A DNA stretch of 64,000 nt, taken from contig NC_043008.1 of NCBI RefSeq assembly GCF_006345805.1, positions 26,474,001-26,538,000 on the forward strand. Direction: 5' to 3'. Shown here in pieces: positions 37,430 to 50,885 of the stretch (position 1 is its first letter; each line of letters opens with the position of its first letter). The notes beneath the pieces were generated by a model. It saw only the letters and a list, made by a program, of their open reading frames with translations. It did not search any database and had not been told where the DNA came from. The stretch is from Octopus sinensis. Its lineage: Eukaryota. Both the position numbers and the translations under genes were made by a program.

Positions 37430-39000
37430 TTTTGGAGTTCCTAGAGACACTCAGGGTCAATGAGTAGATGAAAATAGATTTTAGAAAAGGCAATGAGATC
37501 ATGGAAAGTTGAACTAAAATGCTGACTTGAATCATAAGGAAGGGTAAGAATATGTGGGAGGATGTTTCAGAGAGACTTGCACTGTCTGTTACTTTGTGGG
37601 ATCATGTTACTTCTTTTGAGAAGAACACTGAGAAAATTCAAACTGGTTTTCTTATAGCAGAGTGAGAATAAATCATGTCATTTGTGAATGACCACAAACT
37701 ATACACCAGTTATGAAAAACCTGAACTCTCTTCTCCAAACAGTAAGAGTGTTTAGCAAGGATATTGGTATTCAGATTTTAGAGTGAATAAGGGTGCCATT
37801 TAAATTAGGAAGATAGAATAAAAGACTAAATTTGATCGTATAAAGATATCACAAGATGATATTACTAGATTGCTGTGAGATAATGAAGGATACGAGCACC
37901 TAGGGGTATTGCAAGATGATAAGTTGAAGGAAAAAGAAATGAGAAAGTTTCCAAAAAGTATAACAGAAGGATTAGGAAAATACCTGAAACAAAGTTTAAT
38001 GAAAGGAATGTTATCAATGCAATCAATATGTTGGCCAAGCCAATGTTGAGATATTTTGTTTCTTTTCTAAAGTAGACAAAGACAAAGTTACAGGTTTTGA
38101 ACAGAAGAACTAAGCTGCTCACAGTACAATATCTTAAAAAGACTATCAACACAGTCTACATACCAAGAAGAAAAGGAGGCAGAGGTTTGTTAAAAATAGA
38201 ACATACCATTAGTATTGCAATATTGGGATTGAAAAATTATTTTGTATGTGGTGAAGTAAGAGTACTGTCTGTAGCCATGTATATCCAAAATGTTCAAGAA
38301 CAGAAGAAGGAAGACAGGACAAATAGCTGGAAAGAGAATTGTATGGTCAGTTCATGTAATAAACTGAGGATGTTTGAAATAAAGAACACTAGTTGTGACT
38401 GAGAGATGAAAATCTGAAATGAGAAACCAAATCATTGATTATAGTTGTTCAGAAACAAACCCTTTGAATGAACTTGATGAAGACAAAAATTGGCAAAACT
38501 CAAGCAGAAAGCAAATGCAGGATGTTTGGAAAAAAAGATGTAATTATTTCTATTAACCATCTTAAGAAATTGCAGCAGACAAGTACAAAAATATATAAAC
38601 TCAGATATGATTGTTAAAGTGAAAGAGTGTATTGGTATGTTAGCCCAATTTATGGCTTCAAAGTGATGAAGAAATAGTATGTGAGCCAGATCCAGAAATT
38701 GTAATGGTGAATGATATTTACAGGATTTCTCTAAAAGGATTGGCTATACTGCTGAAACAGTATGATAGCAGAGTGGATACCAAGAAAATTGGGAAATATC
38801 AGGATCTATCCAAGGAAATGAAGAGATTGTGGAAGACAAAAGTGGAAGTTGTTCCAGTTGTAATTGGTGCATTCAGTCAAAACTCCAAACTGCTACCTAA
38901 GACACTAAAAGACAAACTGGAACTGAGAAAGGTATTGTTGACCTGCAGAAAAGTATCATCCTATATTTTGCAAGAAACTCAAGAGAGAGCTTGAGATTTG
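37430..39000 (+). mobile_element. R4/Dong-like non-LTR retrotransposon remnant (RT plus REL endonuclease)
   Basis: LLQTVRVFSKDIG; GYEHLGVLQ; NVINAINMLA; YIPRRKGGRGLLKIE; KKIGKYQDLSKEMKRLWKTKVEVVPVVIGA. Confidence 0.75.
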
Positions 39001-39094
39001 GAAAGACTTTTCTTTGCCAAACCCCAGGATAATATGCTAATTAATGTAGCAGCTTTCGAACAATAACAACAGCAATAATAATAATAATAATGAT

Positions 39095-39660
39095 GATAAA
39101 TGCCCTGATGCAGTACCAGGCAGTGGCTCTTATAGCTTCTGATCTTAACTGATTGAAAGTGCTATCATCTATATGTTTTCTCTTAGTATAAAAGATAGGT
39201 TGCAGCAAATATTCTGCTTAATACCACAGATCTGCTTGTCAGTCACTTGACCTTAACCAGTTGAGCAGCCCCTTGGTGGTTGATGGAACGTGCATATCTA
39301 ATTGTGAGCAGAAGTAGTGGGAGAATACCATAGTGATGTGTTGAGAGGAACTCCTTGGGGTTTAAATTATTCACCTCTGGAAAAATGGGTGTTTTGTTCA
39401 TCATCTTTAAACAAACCTTATTCAGGGACCATTTGAGTGGGATGGCCACTTGACCTGAAGAAAATTCTGAGCCCCACCTGCAAGGTCATGTCCTATTTAT
39501 CTTGATTTGGCATCACCATATCACACACATATGGTTGTGATGCATGTGCCTGGTGTACCCTTAGCAGATGGGTAGTCATGATGGTATATTGGGCTTTGTA
39601 TATTTCTATCCCAGTATCACTTTGATGGCATGCACTGCTCTTTCACTCAATAATATTAAT
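39095..39660. repeat. ~570-bp interspersed repeat between (TAA)n tracts, class unknown
   Basis: Non-coding, compositionally distinct block bounded by AAT repeats. Recalled as a common octopus repeat; not verified. Confidence 0.3.
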
Positions 39661-39669
39661 AATCCTTTC

Positions 39670-39880
39670 TACTATAGGCACAAAACCTAAAATTTGTTGA
39701 AAGGGGGATATTTGATTACATTGACCCCAGTAATTGACTGGTACTTAATTTATCAACCCTGAAAGGATGAAAGGCAAAGTCAACCATAGTGGAATTTGAA
39801 CTCAGGACATAGTGACAGACAAAATACTGGTAAGCATTTCTTCCAGTGTGTTAATGATTCAGCCAACTCACTGACTTAAT
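39670..39880 (-). mobile_element. tRNA-derived SINE
   Basis: attgaccccagtaattgactggtacttaatttatcaaccctgaaaggatgaaaggcaaagtc. Confidence 0.75.
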
Positions 39881-40059
39881 AATAATAATGATAATAATAA
39901 TAATAATAATAATGATAATAATAATAATAATTATAATAAGGATGATGATGATGATGATAACTGATTGACCACCTTGTCTTTAGATGTTCTTTAATGGCTA
40001 CTAATAAGTATAAAAAGCAATAAACAAATAAAGCAATATTCTCATTAGAAAATCTGCAA

Positions 40060-40410
40060 ACATTGTGGAAAAAAGCTACTAAGACCTAGAATGATACCTT
40101 CCCCAGGAAGTTGCTGAGACCATTCTCTGGGATTCTGCAATTCATACCAACAGAACCAAGAAGACGAATCACTCAGATATAACAGTAATAAAGCCATATG
40201 AATAAAATTTATCCCCTAATTGATGTGGCTATCCTCATGAACAACAATATTGCTGTCAAAAATCTTGATGAACTGCGTAAGTACAAAACTCAGGGATGCA
40301 GATTGTCAAAATGAGGAAAATGGAAACCACTACGATACTGTTATCATTGAGGCACTTGGGGTAATAAGAAAAGGCACAGGGAAATTTATAGATATGATAC
40401 TTAACCCTTT
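40060..40410 (+). mobile_element. Second R4/Dong-like REL endonuclease fragment
   Basis: LIDVAILMNNNIAVKNLDELRKYK; VIIEALGVIRKGTGKFIDMI. Confidence 0.6.
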
Positions 40411-40469
40411 AGTACTTTCAGAGAGCCCCAGGCCAAATTTGTGGTTGGTGCAAAGTCCCAGCCAGGCCA

Positions 40470-40920
40470 TTAGAGATAAGAAACAGGCTTGGGAGAACTG
40501 GAAGGGTGGCAGTAGCAAGGAGCTATATTAGTCAGCTAGAAGGGAAGCTAGAAAGCAGGTTTACATAACCAGGGAGGAAGCAGAAAAGAAGTTTGCCAAT
40601 GTTCTGCAATGTGAGGACCAGTGGCTCGAAGTGTTTCAGTTTGCAAGACACTGTACTTGGGAAAAATGTGATATTGTGGAAGAGAAGTGTGTTTGCATGG
40701 ATGATGGTTCACTTGCTCTCACCAACTATTTGTCTATCCCTAGTTTTTGTATTGACCACCATATAAGGGAACAGGGGTCCCTGTCAAAAGCTTTCAACAA
40801 GACAACAACGACTAAGTACAGAGGTTTACCTTTGGCTATGTATTCCTCCTGCAGCTGCCATACCAGAAATATAGTATCAGTGGTGCTTCTCTCTGGCACA
40901 ACACCAAACTGCATGATGAT
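40470..40920. mobile_element. RTE LINE fragments in opposite orientations
   Basis: + strand 40470-40721 (QAWENWK...EKKFANV...CVCMDDGSLALT). - strand 40920-40716 (MQFGVVPERSTTDTIFLVWQLQEEY...AFDR..LIWWSIQKLGIDK). Confidence 0.8.
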
Positions 40921-41509
40921 TTAAATTTTTACATTGTCACAGCTCTTTTACACATTGTAAGCAGGGATTTTGTCATTAAGATCATTGCTTGAATAATCAA
41001 ATCATATAAATTTATGACTCACACTTGTTGATACAAAAACCCTTAAAATCTTTTGATTCCATGGTAATATTAATCAACAAGTGAGCTGTCAGTAATTTAT
41101 CACTTGTTCATTATACACTGAAGATGAGATTACAAGAGTGACACTTAAGATTCCTTTTATTGAATTCTAGTGATTGTGTTAGTTAGAATTTAAAGGGGTT
41201 ATTTGATATAATAATGTTTCTGATAAATATCTGGCACAACACAGCATGAAGTTGTGATACATGTGAGAGGCAATTCTTACCAAGATTGTTATTTTTAGAA
41301 GCTTAAAACAAAATACGTGATTTTGTTTAGCCAAAGGTCAACTCAGAGGAAATATTCCAGTCCTGACCAGGCTGTCATGTTTTCTGTGCCAGTAACCCAA
41401 GGACTTGTTAGGCAAATAAAGGTTGTGATTTGAGAGATTTCATTGATATTTCTCACAAGCTGAAACAATATGTAAAATGCTATCTCATCAGCTCAACTAA
41501 ATATTCTTC

Positions 41510-41720
41510 ACTGCTATAGACACATGGCCCAAAATTTTGGAGAAAGGAGGCTAGTTGATTGCATCGATCTCAGTGTACGGCTGGTATGTATTTCATCAAA
41601 CCTCAAAGGATGGAAGGCAAAGGTGACTTCAGTGGAACTTGAACTCATATTGTAAAGATGGATGAAATATCACTATACCTTTCGTCCTGATCATGATAAT
41701 GGTTCTGTCAACTCACTGCT
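41510..41720 (-). mobile_element. tRNA-derived SINE, decayed
   Basis: ggatggaaggcaaaggtgacttcagtggaacttgaactc. Confidence 0.65.
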
Positions 41721-42104
41721 TTTGGTTCAACTAAATAATTCATGTTTACAAAGAGAGCAACTCAAATAGAAACAGAATATAATGGAGTCAATATCAGAAA
41801 CTGACATAAAAATTGGCTAACTTTTGCATAACAATACCTATTAGACTTCCTTTTGAACAAAATAAAAGAATAAACTTAAATCAGTTTTCCATGTTAAATG
41901 AAATGACAAATTAAAATTAGCTGATAAAATTGTAAAATTATAATTTTTTTCTTTTGACTTATCCCTTTTATTTCCCACAGAACACCCAAAATCTTCAAGG
42001 ATCTATAACTAGCAAATGCAGTTTCCCCAATTTCATCTCACAGCTCAGAGTTATATGTAACTAAATAATTATATGTTCTTACTGCTGTTTTTTTAAGATG
42101 TTGG

Positions 42105-42232
42105 ACATAGTGACTATGTAGTAAGAAGTTAGCTTCCCAAATACGTAATTCCAGGTTGACATCCACTGCATGGCACCTTGGACAAGTGTCTTCTGCTACA
42201 GCCCAGATTGACTGAAGCCTTGTGAGTGGATT

Positions 42233-42305
<73 letters not shown>

Positions 42306-42691
42306 TAGAAAAAACCACCTTTAATCAATTCAATAATGAAAAAATTAAATTATAATATTTAGAAAAATTACTTCTTATAGAAAGATTAAATATAAGATAA
42401 AACAAAAACCAGTGATTAAGTAATGAGCAAAATAATAAATAAAATGTATATATTTGGTTACGTTTTATTTATTATTTTGCACATTACTTAATCATTGGTA
42501 TATGTTTTATCTTATATTTAATCTTTCTATTAGATGTAATTTTTCTAAATGTTATAATTTAATTTTTTCATTATTGAATTGATAAAAGGTGATTTTTTTC
42601 TAATATATATATATATCTTATATTTTGTGAAATTTGATTTAGTATTTCTAAATTGAATTTTTCCCTGTAAGTTTGGAATAATATTTCCTCA

Positions 42692-42739
<48 letters not shown>

Positions 42740-43425
42740 CATATACACATACATATACATATACACATATAAATGTATGAGGTTGATATAGCCAAATGAA
42801 ACAACAGGTTTTAGTTACATTTGTTTTGCACAAGCTTTAAGTTGCTGAGTTTTCATTCTCATACCATTATATAAGATTATTTTATGAATAATCAAATAAA
42901 TAAATATGATTTGGCAACAACTGGGTGCCAATATTTCATTGGTAGATTTCTATTAAGGCAACAGCATAGAAACAAATGTTGTAATTTGTAATTAAATCCT
43001 GTTTTCTTCTATCTTCTATAAATTTTTATATCAATTCTATACACTAAAAGAGTTCCACATGTTTACCCAGATTAGGAAATAACCTTGCTATATGATGGCA
43101 TATGGTAGCCCATAATAGTATAGGAGCTTTTAAATGCATGTTATGAGATTATTACTCAGATAATATTGAATATATACATATATGTGTGTGTGTGTGTGGT
43201 GGGGTGTATCTATATGTCTTTATGTTTGGTTTGTCCCCCATGCCACTTGACAACTGGTGTTGGTTTGTTTATATTCCCTAAATTAGCAGTTCAACAAAAG
43301 AGACTGATAAAATAAGCACCAGACTTTAAGAAAATACGTATGGAAGTCAGTTTGTTCAACTAAACCCATCAAGGTGATGCCCCAGCATGGCCACACTCTA
43401 ATGACTACAACAAGTAAAAGATAAA
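42105..43425 (+). mobile_element. Octopus-type SINE split (42105-42235 and 43190-43425) by ~950 bp of AT-rich DNA
   Basis: The 5' half ends at gtgagtggattt(ta)n. The 3' half resumes with gtttgtcccc...gatgccccagcatggcc. Confidence 0.65.
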
Positions 43426-45494
43426 GAGCAGTTTACATATCTTACTTCTGCTTTTGTAAATCCACAGGATCCGCAATCCTTTGGTAAGAAACTACTAGAC
43501 AGAGATAAGAAAGAGTTCTGAATAAGTAGTTGGTGAAATTTAATATCTGAAAGGATCTGCAGAAGTGAGAGTTAATGACATCAGTTAATTTTTGAGACAG
43601 CCTGAAGAATCTAGGTTCTATCAAAAGAAAAATTCCTAAAGTACAGAGATAACTAAAGTGATAGGATGCTGTGTACCAGCTTGCTGTCATGTCAGAAAAG
43701 AAAAGTAAATAGAAAACCAGTACTGTAAATAGCATTACTCTAAGACTTATTGATTTGTAGAATGTAAGAATTTAAAACAAAATGACACTGACAGAATGGG
43801 TTGTTAAAATGCAATCCCCTAAAAGTAACTGAGCTAAACATAGAAAATAGTTGCCGATTTATTATTTCTTTGGTTTATTTATTTTATGTCACAATGTGTA
43901 AACAAAAGCATCGTTAGTGGAATTTTACAATAGTGTCCAATGGGCCAATCATTGGTTCACTACATCTTTCTTACAACAAAGTGTATGTAATTCAGTTTAT
44001 GATAAATGTCAAATAGTGTTTCTGTCTATCAAATTATACTTGCAAAATAGTGATCATTGGGATTATGTCAGAAGATACTGGCTCAAGATACAGTAGAATG
44101 GAACTTAAAACCATATGGTTGTAAAATAAACTTGTTTACCACACAATCATGCATGGGGAAATTTAAATTTGGTTTAATGATGCAGTAAAATACACACCAT
44201 TTACCCTTTATTAACTGTACTACATTTAGCTGGGCTTTGCTCTTTTGCAAACTTTTCATTCTTACTGGTGAAGTTTGAGAAAAGCTAAAACTAAGAAAAG
44301 CTTAACTTTATCTCAAGAGTTGATATTCCGTAACAAAACTTTTTAAATACTAGTGCATGGTCTCATACTCCAAAAAATTAACTGTTATCTGTCTCTTTCA
44401 TTTCTGACAGAATATTGTTCATTTCATTTTAGAAATGTCAAATGCAACATGTAATCAGATGCTTTTTTCATAAGAATGTCAGTTTTGCTCTGTATATTTT
44501 AAAACCCTCTGTCTCAAAGGAATTTAAAACCAATATCATTTCTACAGTTAAGCTGCCACTAATTACACTAAATATTTTCAATCATGAATACATATACACA
44601 ATTTAATTTTTCATTACTCTTATGCTTGCCTTCACTGCAAACTTAAAAGTCAATTTAAAAAAATGAAAACTTTGGTACACAGTGGGGTAGATTTTGATGT
44701 ACATAATCAAACTTTTACTTTACATTTATTTAAACCTTTTCTTACCAACTTGCCTAAAGGTGCCTCTTCTTTGATATAAAAGCTTCCAATTTTAAAGAGT
44801 TTGAATGAACAACATTTAAAAAATTCTATTCAAAATAGTACCTTAATTATAAAATGGCTACTCATTTTATTAAATCCTTCCAAACTACTAATTATTAAAA
44901 AAAAAATTAATAAAAAAACTATAGGTAGCTTAATTCAATAGACATTTAATCGGGAAAAGAGTAACACAAATTTACTGTTTATGCAACATAATTTTGGTGA
45001 AGTTTAGGAATTAAACTGCAAAATACTGTAAAATTTTATTGTTGTTGTTGTTATTTAACCCCAAGTTAACCATAATCAATTTAACCTGTGATCAAAGGTT
45101 TTCTAGACATGACCATCCACCATTTTTGGAATATATTGTCAAGTGTGATATTTCTTTTTTTTTTAATGATAGAGTATAATTTGAAGAAGATTTGGCTGCT
45201 ATTTCTTGCAGATTAAAGACAACATGAGTGAGCCCCATTTATTAGCTTGCCAGAATAATATCTTGGCCTGATTTTCATTGGCTACATATTTCAAGTTAGG
45301 TTTAAGAAGAAAATCTAATCTAAATACTTGTTCCTTCAAGGACAGAATTTTTTCTTTCTAGAAAGGGTAGCTGATGGAAAAAGTATCTAATCAAAATCAC
45401 GATAAAGAAACACCTTCCTTGAATATTGACTAATATATTTTGGAGAGTGATAGTATTGTTGTTCTTTTATATAAAACTACAATTTTCTTTTCTG

Positions 45495-45700
45495 CTCTAG
45501 GCATAAGGCCCTAAATTTATAAGGAAGGAGCCAGTCGATTAGATCAACCCCAGTACGCAACTGGTATTTAATTTATCGACCCCGAAAGGATGAAATGCAA
45601 AGTCAACCTTGCTGGGATTTGAACTCAGAACGTAGAGACAGACAAAATATTGCCAAGCATTTCACCTAGCATGCTGTCATTTCTGCCAGCTTGCCACCTT
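45495..45700 (-). mobile_element. tRNA-derived SINE
   Basis: aatttatcgaccccgaaaggatgaaatgcaaagtcaacctt. Confidence 0.8.
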
Positions 45701-46379
45701 ATATAAAACTAAAATATACAAAAAAACCAAATAGCTCTCTTTCATCTGGAAAACTGGTATAATATACAACAATGCTAGAAATTTACTCCTAAGGATTGAA
45801 TTTTTTTCCCACTCTTCTGTCCGGAATCTTGACATTTTGTTCTTTAAATATCTCTACTTCAAAAAGACAGAATTTAAAAACATATTTTCCATACGCATCT
45901 GGAATAATTACTTAAAGGTTGAAATATCTGGTAAAATACTGGTCTCAGACAAAATCAGTCAAGTGATAAGCAGAGATGCCATACTGAATGACTGGAATAG
46001 AAGCATTTTCATCAAATGTCTCTAAAGTAAAGAAATGCTTCATAAAGAAGCAACTGAAGATGCTTTGAAATAATGGAATCAGTTATAAAAATAAAAGAAA
46101 TTTAGAACAATGATTCACAATCAATTTTTCCTTATGGACCCCTTTCATTCCTGTTTTACTCAAATGGACTTCCATAGCAATTCAATGTATATAAAAAGCA
46201 TTCTTCTGTATTTTTATACTTAAATATTATTAGGAATTGTATAAGAAATTTAAACTATTTTGTACATCGTAGAAATATAAGCAATTTATTGTACATAAAT
46301 TTTAACAACAAAATCTTATGAGGACCTCGGTTGAGAACCATTGAGTTAAAGCACAAAGGATCGAGAGAAATTTAGATTA

Positions 46380-47550
46380 GACGAGATGCAGTTCAGATTT
46401 ATGCTTGAACAGGTACAACTGATACTCTTTTCTGAATAAGACAACTTTGAGAGATATTCTTATCTAAAAGTAGACTGTCATGTATTTTTCAATGTTGAGA
46501 AGGCTTTTAAGAGGGTACCTCACTCTGGAAGTTTTTAAAGGAAACTAATTTATTAGAAATGGCAAATGAGGGCTGTATCAGCTATGTACAAATATATCAC
46601 AGATGTCATCAACACAGTGAAACTGGACATTGTGTTTTTGTGTGCAAATAGGTGTCTATCAGGGCTCAGTTTTCAGTTCCTTTCTGTTTATTATAGTTTT
46701 CTAAATAATAATTTTGGAGTAAAGGAGTTTGAAGCTAGCTGTTTATGAGTTTATGAGTTCTCCTCTACATTGATGACCTAGTTAAAGATTTTTGAGGGGA
46801 AATTCCAAGCATAGACACAGAACTTGGAGTTGAGAGGCCTCAAAATCAACATAATAAAGACAAAGTGGTAGCAGTAAAGCAGATAGGACTCTCCTGCCAT
46901 CTGGAAAGTAACCATGTTGTATATGCAGGAAAGTAGAAAGTGTTCTCAGTATAAACTATAGGAGTACAAGTGGTGTAGTGAGATTAGAAGTAATATGACA
47001 GAAAGGAAATACTTCATATGTGGCAGATGAACAAGTGCAGTTAGCAGTAAGAGAATGCACTAAAGAAATTCTTTGATCTGCATAAAATGCTCCAGAGAGG
47101 CACTTGATAGCTTTTCTTGTCTCATTGGTCTAATTAAAGTAAAAGTGTGTGTTTCAAATTAGTAGCCTTAAATAAGATCACGAGGGAAAAAGTTCAGGAA
47201 GATAAAATCCCGGCTGGCAACAAAATCTTCTTTCTCCAAATGAAGGGTAAACTGTATGATGTTTGTGTAAGAAGTGTAATGTTGTATAGTAGAGAAACAT
47301 AGGCATTAAATGCAGAAGATATACGAATGCTGGAAGGAAATAAAAATATATCCTTATCTTAATGTATAGTGTTAGTGTATATGAATGATAGAGCACAATG
47401 TGTTGAAAGAAAAACTGGCTGCAAAGAGGAACCCGATATATTGCACAAGAGAGAGAAAAAATAAACTGCACAGTATGGATATATATATTTATGAACAATA
47501 GCATGGAAAGCGGACGTTAAACGATGATGATGATGATGATGATGATAGTT
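46380..47550 (+). mobile_element. Old RTE LINE remnant with (GAT)n tail
   Basis: gagatgcagttcagatttatg and related motifs parallel 31180-32200. It ends ggacgttaaacgatgatgatg. Confidence 0.65.
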
Positions 47551-47810
47551 GGTTAAAAAATTGCCAAGAGATCCAAATGGAAGAAAGTTTTGAATGCAGA
47601 AGACACAGGAAGATGTGGTGAAAGTTGATTTTAATGTTACAAGGATGTCGTTAAGACACTGAACTGGATGATCAAGCATCATAATGATGATGATGAGGAG
47701 GATGATGATGATGATGATGATGAGGATTATGATAATGATAATGGTGGTGGTGGTGGTGATGCTGCTGCTGCTGATGATGATGATAAGGATGATGAGGAGA
47801 AGGAGGAGAA
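47520..47810. repeat. (GAT)n/(GGT)n/(GCT)n trinucleotide tracts
   Basis: Directly visible. Confidence 0.9.
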
Positions 47811-47933
47811 ATACATGTTTGGTTGTGTGTGTATGTGTGTATGTGTATACACCTTCGGGTTTACAAACAAGAGGTAAAGTAATCCACACATGAATACTGT
47901 GTAAATATTATTGTAGTCCTGAAATTACTCCCT

Positions 47934-50048
47934 TGTAGGGAAGGATTCATGACAGACGAACTGTAGACAGATTCTTCGCTGTGGGCTAGCTAGGAAGTTG
48001 GTCAGCAGGAAAGAAAAAGAACTTCCAGGAGGAGAATGAAAACAGAATGTGAGCAGTGAGTGTGGAACAAATCTGAGTGAACTATACAAAAATAACTGAC
48101 GGCTTAAGCCCTATTGTACCTAAAGTAATAAACCGTTGGTAAATATATTCTCATCTCCACCACGCCCCCCCCCCCCAGTGCACAACCGCACATGTTGTCT
48201 ATCACCGGACAAACTTGCTATCACAAAGGCTGAGTTCGACAATATGGAGGCATTGAGTATAGTTCACCGATTGGAAGGCTGAAGTCATTGTACTATCCCA
48301 CTCCAACTGTCTTTTAATATGGCATATTTTTCTGTTGGTGGGGGATGGGTTAAAATGTCCAGCACCCTCGTTGCTGTTTCTTCGACAGCTATCGGCGGTT
48401 TCTGAGTACACCACAGACATTCAACACATAGCTGGCAAGGGTAACCCAGTTGCTGATGCACTCTCTCATGCTTCTACTCACTGTCACACCTATCTAGCAC
48501 TAATAACAAAAGGCTTGGATTATGAAGCTATGGCTGCATTCAACAGACAGATGACGAGATCAGGGCCTACTGCACTGCCATCTTATCACTTTCTTTGTAG
48601 GATGTACACTTTGGCACAACCCTACTGTATGATGTATCCACTGGCAAGCCACGACCGATCATCCCATCAGCCTGGTGCAAGAAAGTTTTTGACATCATTC
48701 ACGAACTTTCCTACTCAGGTATTAAAGTCACATGGCAGTTGCTGTCAAGCAATTTTATCTGGCACAGTATGGTCAAGCAAATCGAGGACTGGACCAGGAC
48801 CTGCATCCCCTGTCAACAAGCCAGGGTTCATCAACACTCCAAAGCACTCCTCGGCAGCTATGAACCACCTCAGGCCCGATTCAGCCATGTCAACATTCAC
48901 ACCAACAGATCACACCAACCTTGTCAGTCCCCTACCACCTTCACAGAGTTGCTCGTATCTACTGACCTTGGTGGACTGCTACACCCATTGGCCTGAAGCT
49001 ATCCCTCTGCACAGCACAGAAACACAAGAAGTCAGCCGAGCTTTCATTGCAAACTGGGTCACCTGTTTTGGTGTCCCAGATAGTATCTCATCTGATCGGG
49101 GTTCACAGTTCACCTCAAGGCTGTAGAATGACGTGTGATCTTTTCGGAATAACAATGAACCGCACAATTGACTACCACCCAGAGGCCAATGGATTAGTGG
49201 AGAGATTTCACAGCTGCCAAAAGGAATCACAGACAACCAGACTTAACAGGCCAAATTGGATCAACCAACTCCCATGGATAATGCTGAGAATTTGCACTGC
49301 CATAAAAGAAAATCTCAACACTTCCTCCACGGAAATGGTGTACAGTGCTCCCCTTCTGAATACAAATCCAGACTTGGATATTAAAAGGTATTTCACTCAA
49401 CTGAAAGACAGCATGGGCCAGTTGCATCCTGTTCCCATGTCGACACACGGTACACCCAGATCATCTATACCAAATGACCTCAGCACGGCTAACTTTGTGT
49501 TTGTTCAACATGACACATGGTGAAGACCCCTCCAGTCACCCTACAATGGTCCATATCAAGTCATACATCCAGGAGATAAAACATTCCAACTCCTAATTGG
49601 TGGACAAGACAGTCTCCATCGACATATTGAAACCAGCCCATCTCAATATTGACAGCCCTGTCCAGGTGCTCCAACCACCAAACAGGGGCCATCCTAGACA
49701 GATCACACCAACCTTTGACAAGGAACAGTCACCAAAGAAATGAGTAACCACATACAGGGGCAGGACAATTAAAATGCCATCCCGTTTCCAATGACAGTCT
49801 ACAGTTCTGGAGGGGAGCTATGTAGGGAAGGATTAGTGACAGACAAACTGTAGACAAATATTTCACTGTGGGCTAGCTAGGAAGTTGGTCAGCAGGAAAG
49901 AAAGGGACTTCTAAGAGAATGAAAGCAGAATAATGTCAGCAGCGAGTGTGGAACAAATGTGAGTGAACTGTACAAAAATAACTGATGGTTTAAGCCCTAT
50001 TTTACCTAAAGTAATAAACTTTTGGTAAATGCATTCTCGTCTCCAATA
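47934..50048 (+). mobile_element. Gypsy LTR retrotransposon, internally deleted, with two LTRs (47934-48162, 49821-50048)
   Basis: ~228-bp direct repeats start with TGTAGGGAAGG. PPT ggaggggagc precedes the 3' LTR. Internal RT stub PDKLAITKAEFD, RNase H end QHIAGKGNPVADALS and integrase LTLVDCYTHWPEAIPL...SDRGSQFTS...YHPEANGLVERFH. Confidence 0.92.
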
Positions 50049-50132
50049 GTTTGTTTGTGTATAGCTTAAAAAACCTATACCCTCTTCATTCCCAGACACA
50101 GCAACACAAAATTCCTCACCTTATATTATGTG

Positions 50133-50174
<42 letters not shown>

Positions 50175-50854
50175 TGTGTGGTTTTGTGCAGGTATTTGTT
50201 TGTATCCAATCAGAGATATGAATGTGTATTTATATTGTATGCCTCATTGCCATCGTGATTGCATTTATGTCCAATTTTTCCATGGAATGGACAGGAGTTA
50301 TTGAGATAGAATTATACAACTAGATTCAATTCTTGTCACCAACCTCTACTTGTTTGCAAGTAAGGTATTTTTCTTACTGCTCTCCACATAAAACTAATGA
50401 AGTACAGGCCAAAGATATTGTTGCTCAAACAGTACCAATGTGGAGACATGTAGAAGACAAACTCTTGCATATACACATGCATGCATGCCACCCCCACACA
50501 CATACACATGCATGCAGGGACACACACATGGTCACACACATGCACATATACGCACATATACGCATATATGCATGCATGCATGTACACGCACACACACACA
50601 CATGCACACACAAACACACATGCAGTGAGCTGTACAAGTTGCATTAACCTTTATTTCACTTACAAGGTATTTGACAGGCTAAAGCAATGGTAGAAAACAT
50701 TTGCAAAACTACCATATAGTGAAATGTAAACTGAAAGCACATGGTTGCTATGCAAAATTCATAACCACCACACAGCTATGCCCGAACCTATGGTGTGTGC
50801 GTGTGTGTGTGTGTGTGTGCGTGTATGTGTGTGTGTATGTGTGTGTGTCTGTGT

Positions 50855-50885
<31 letters not shown>

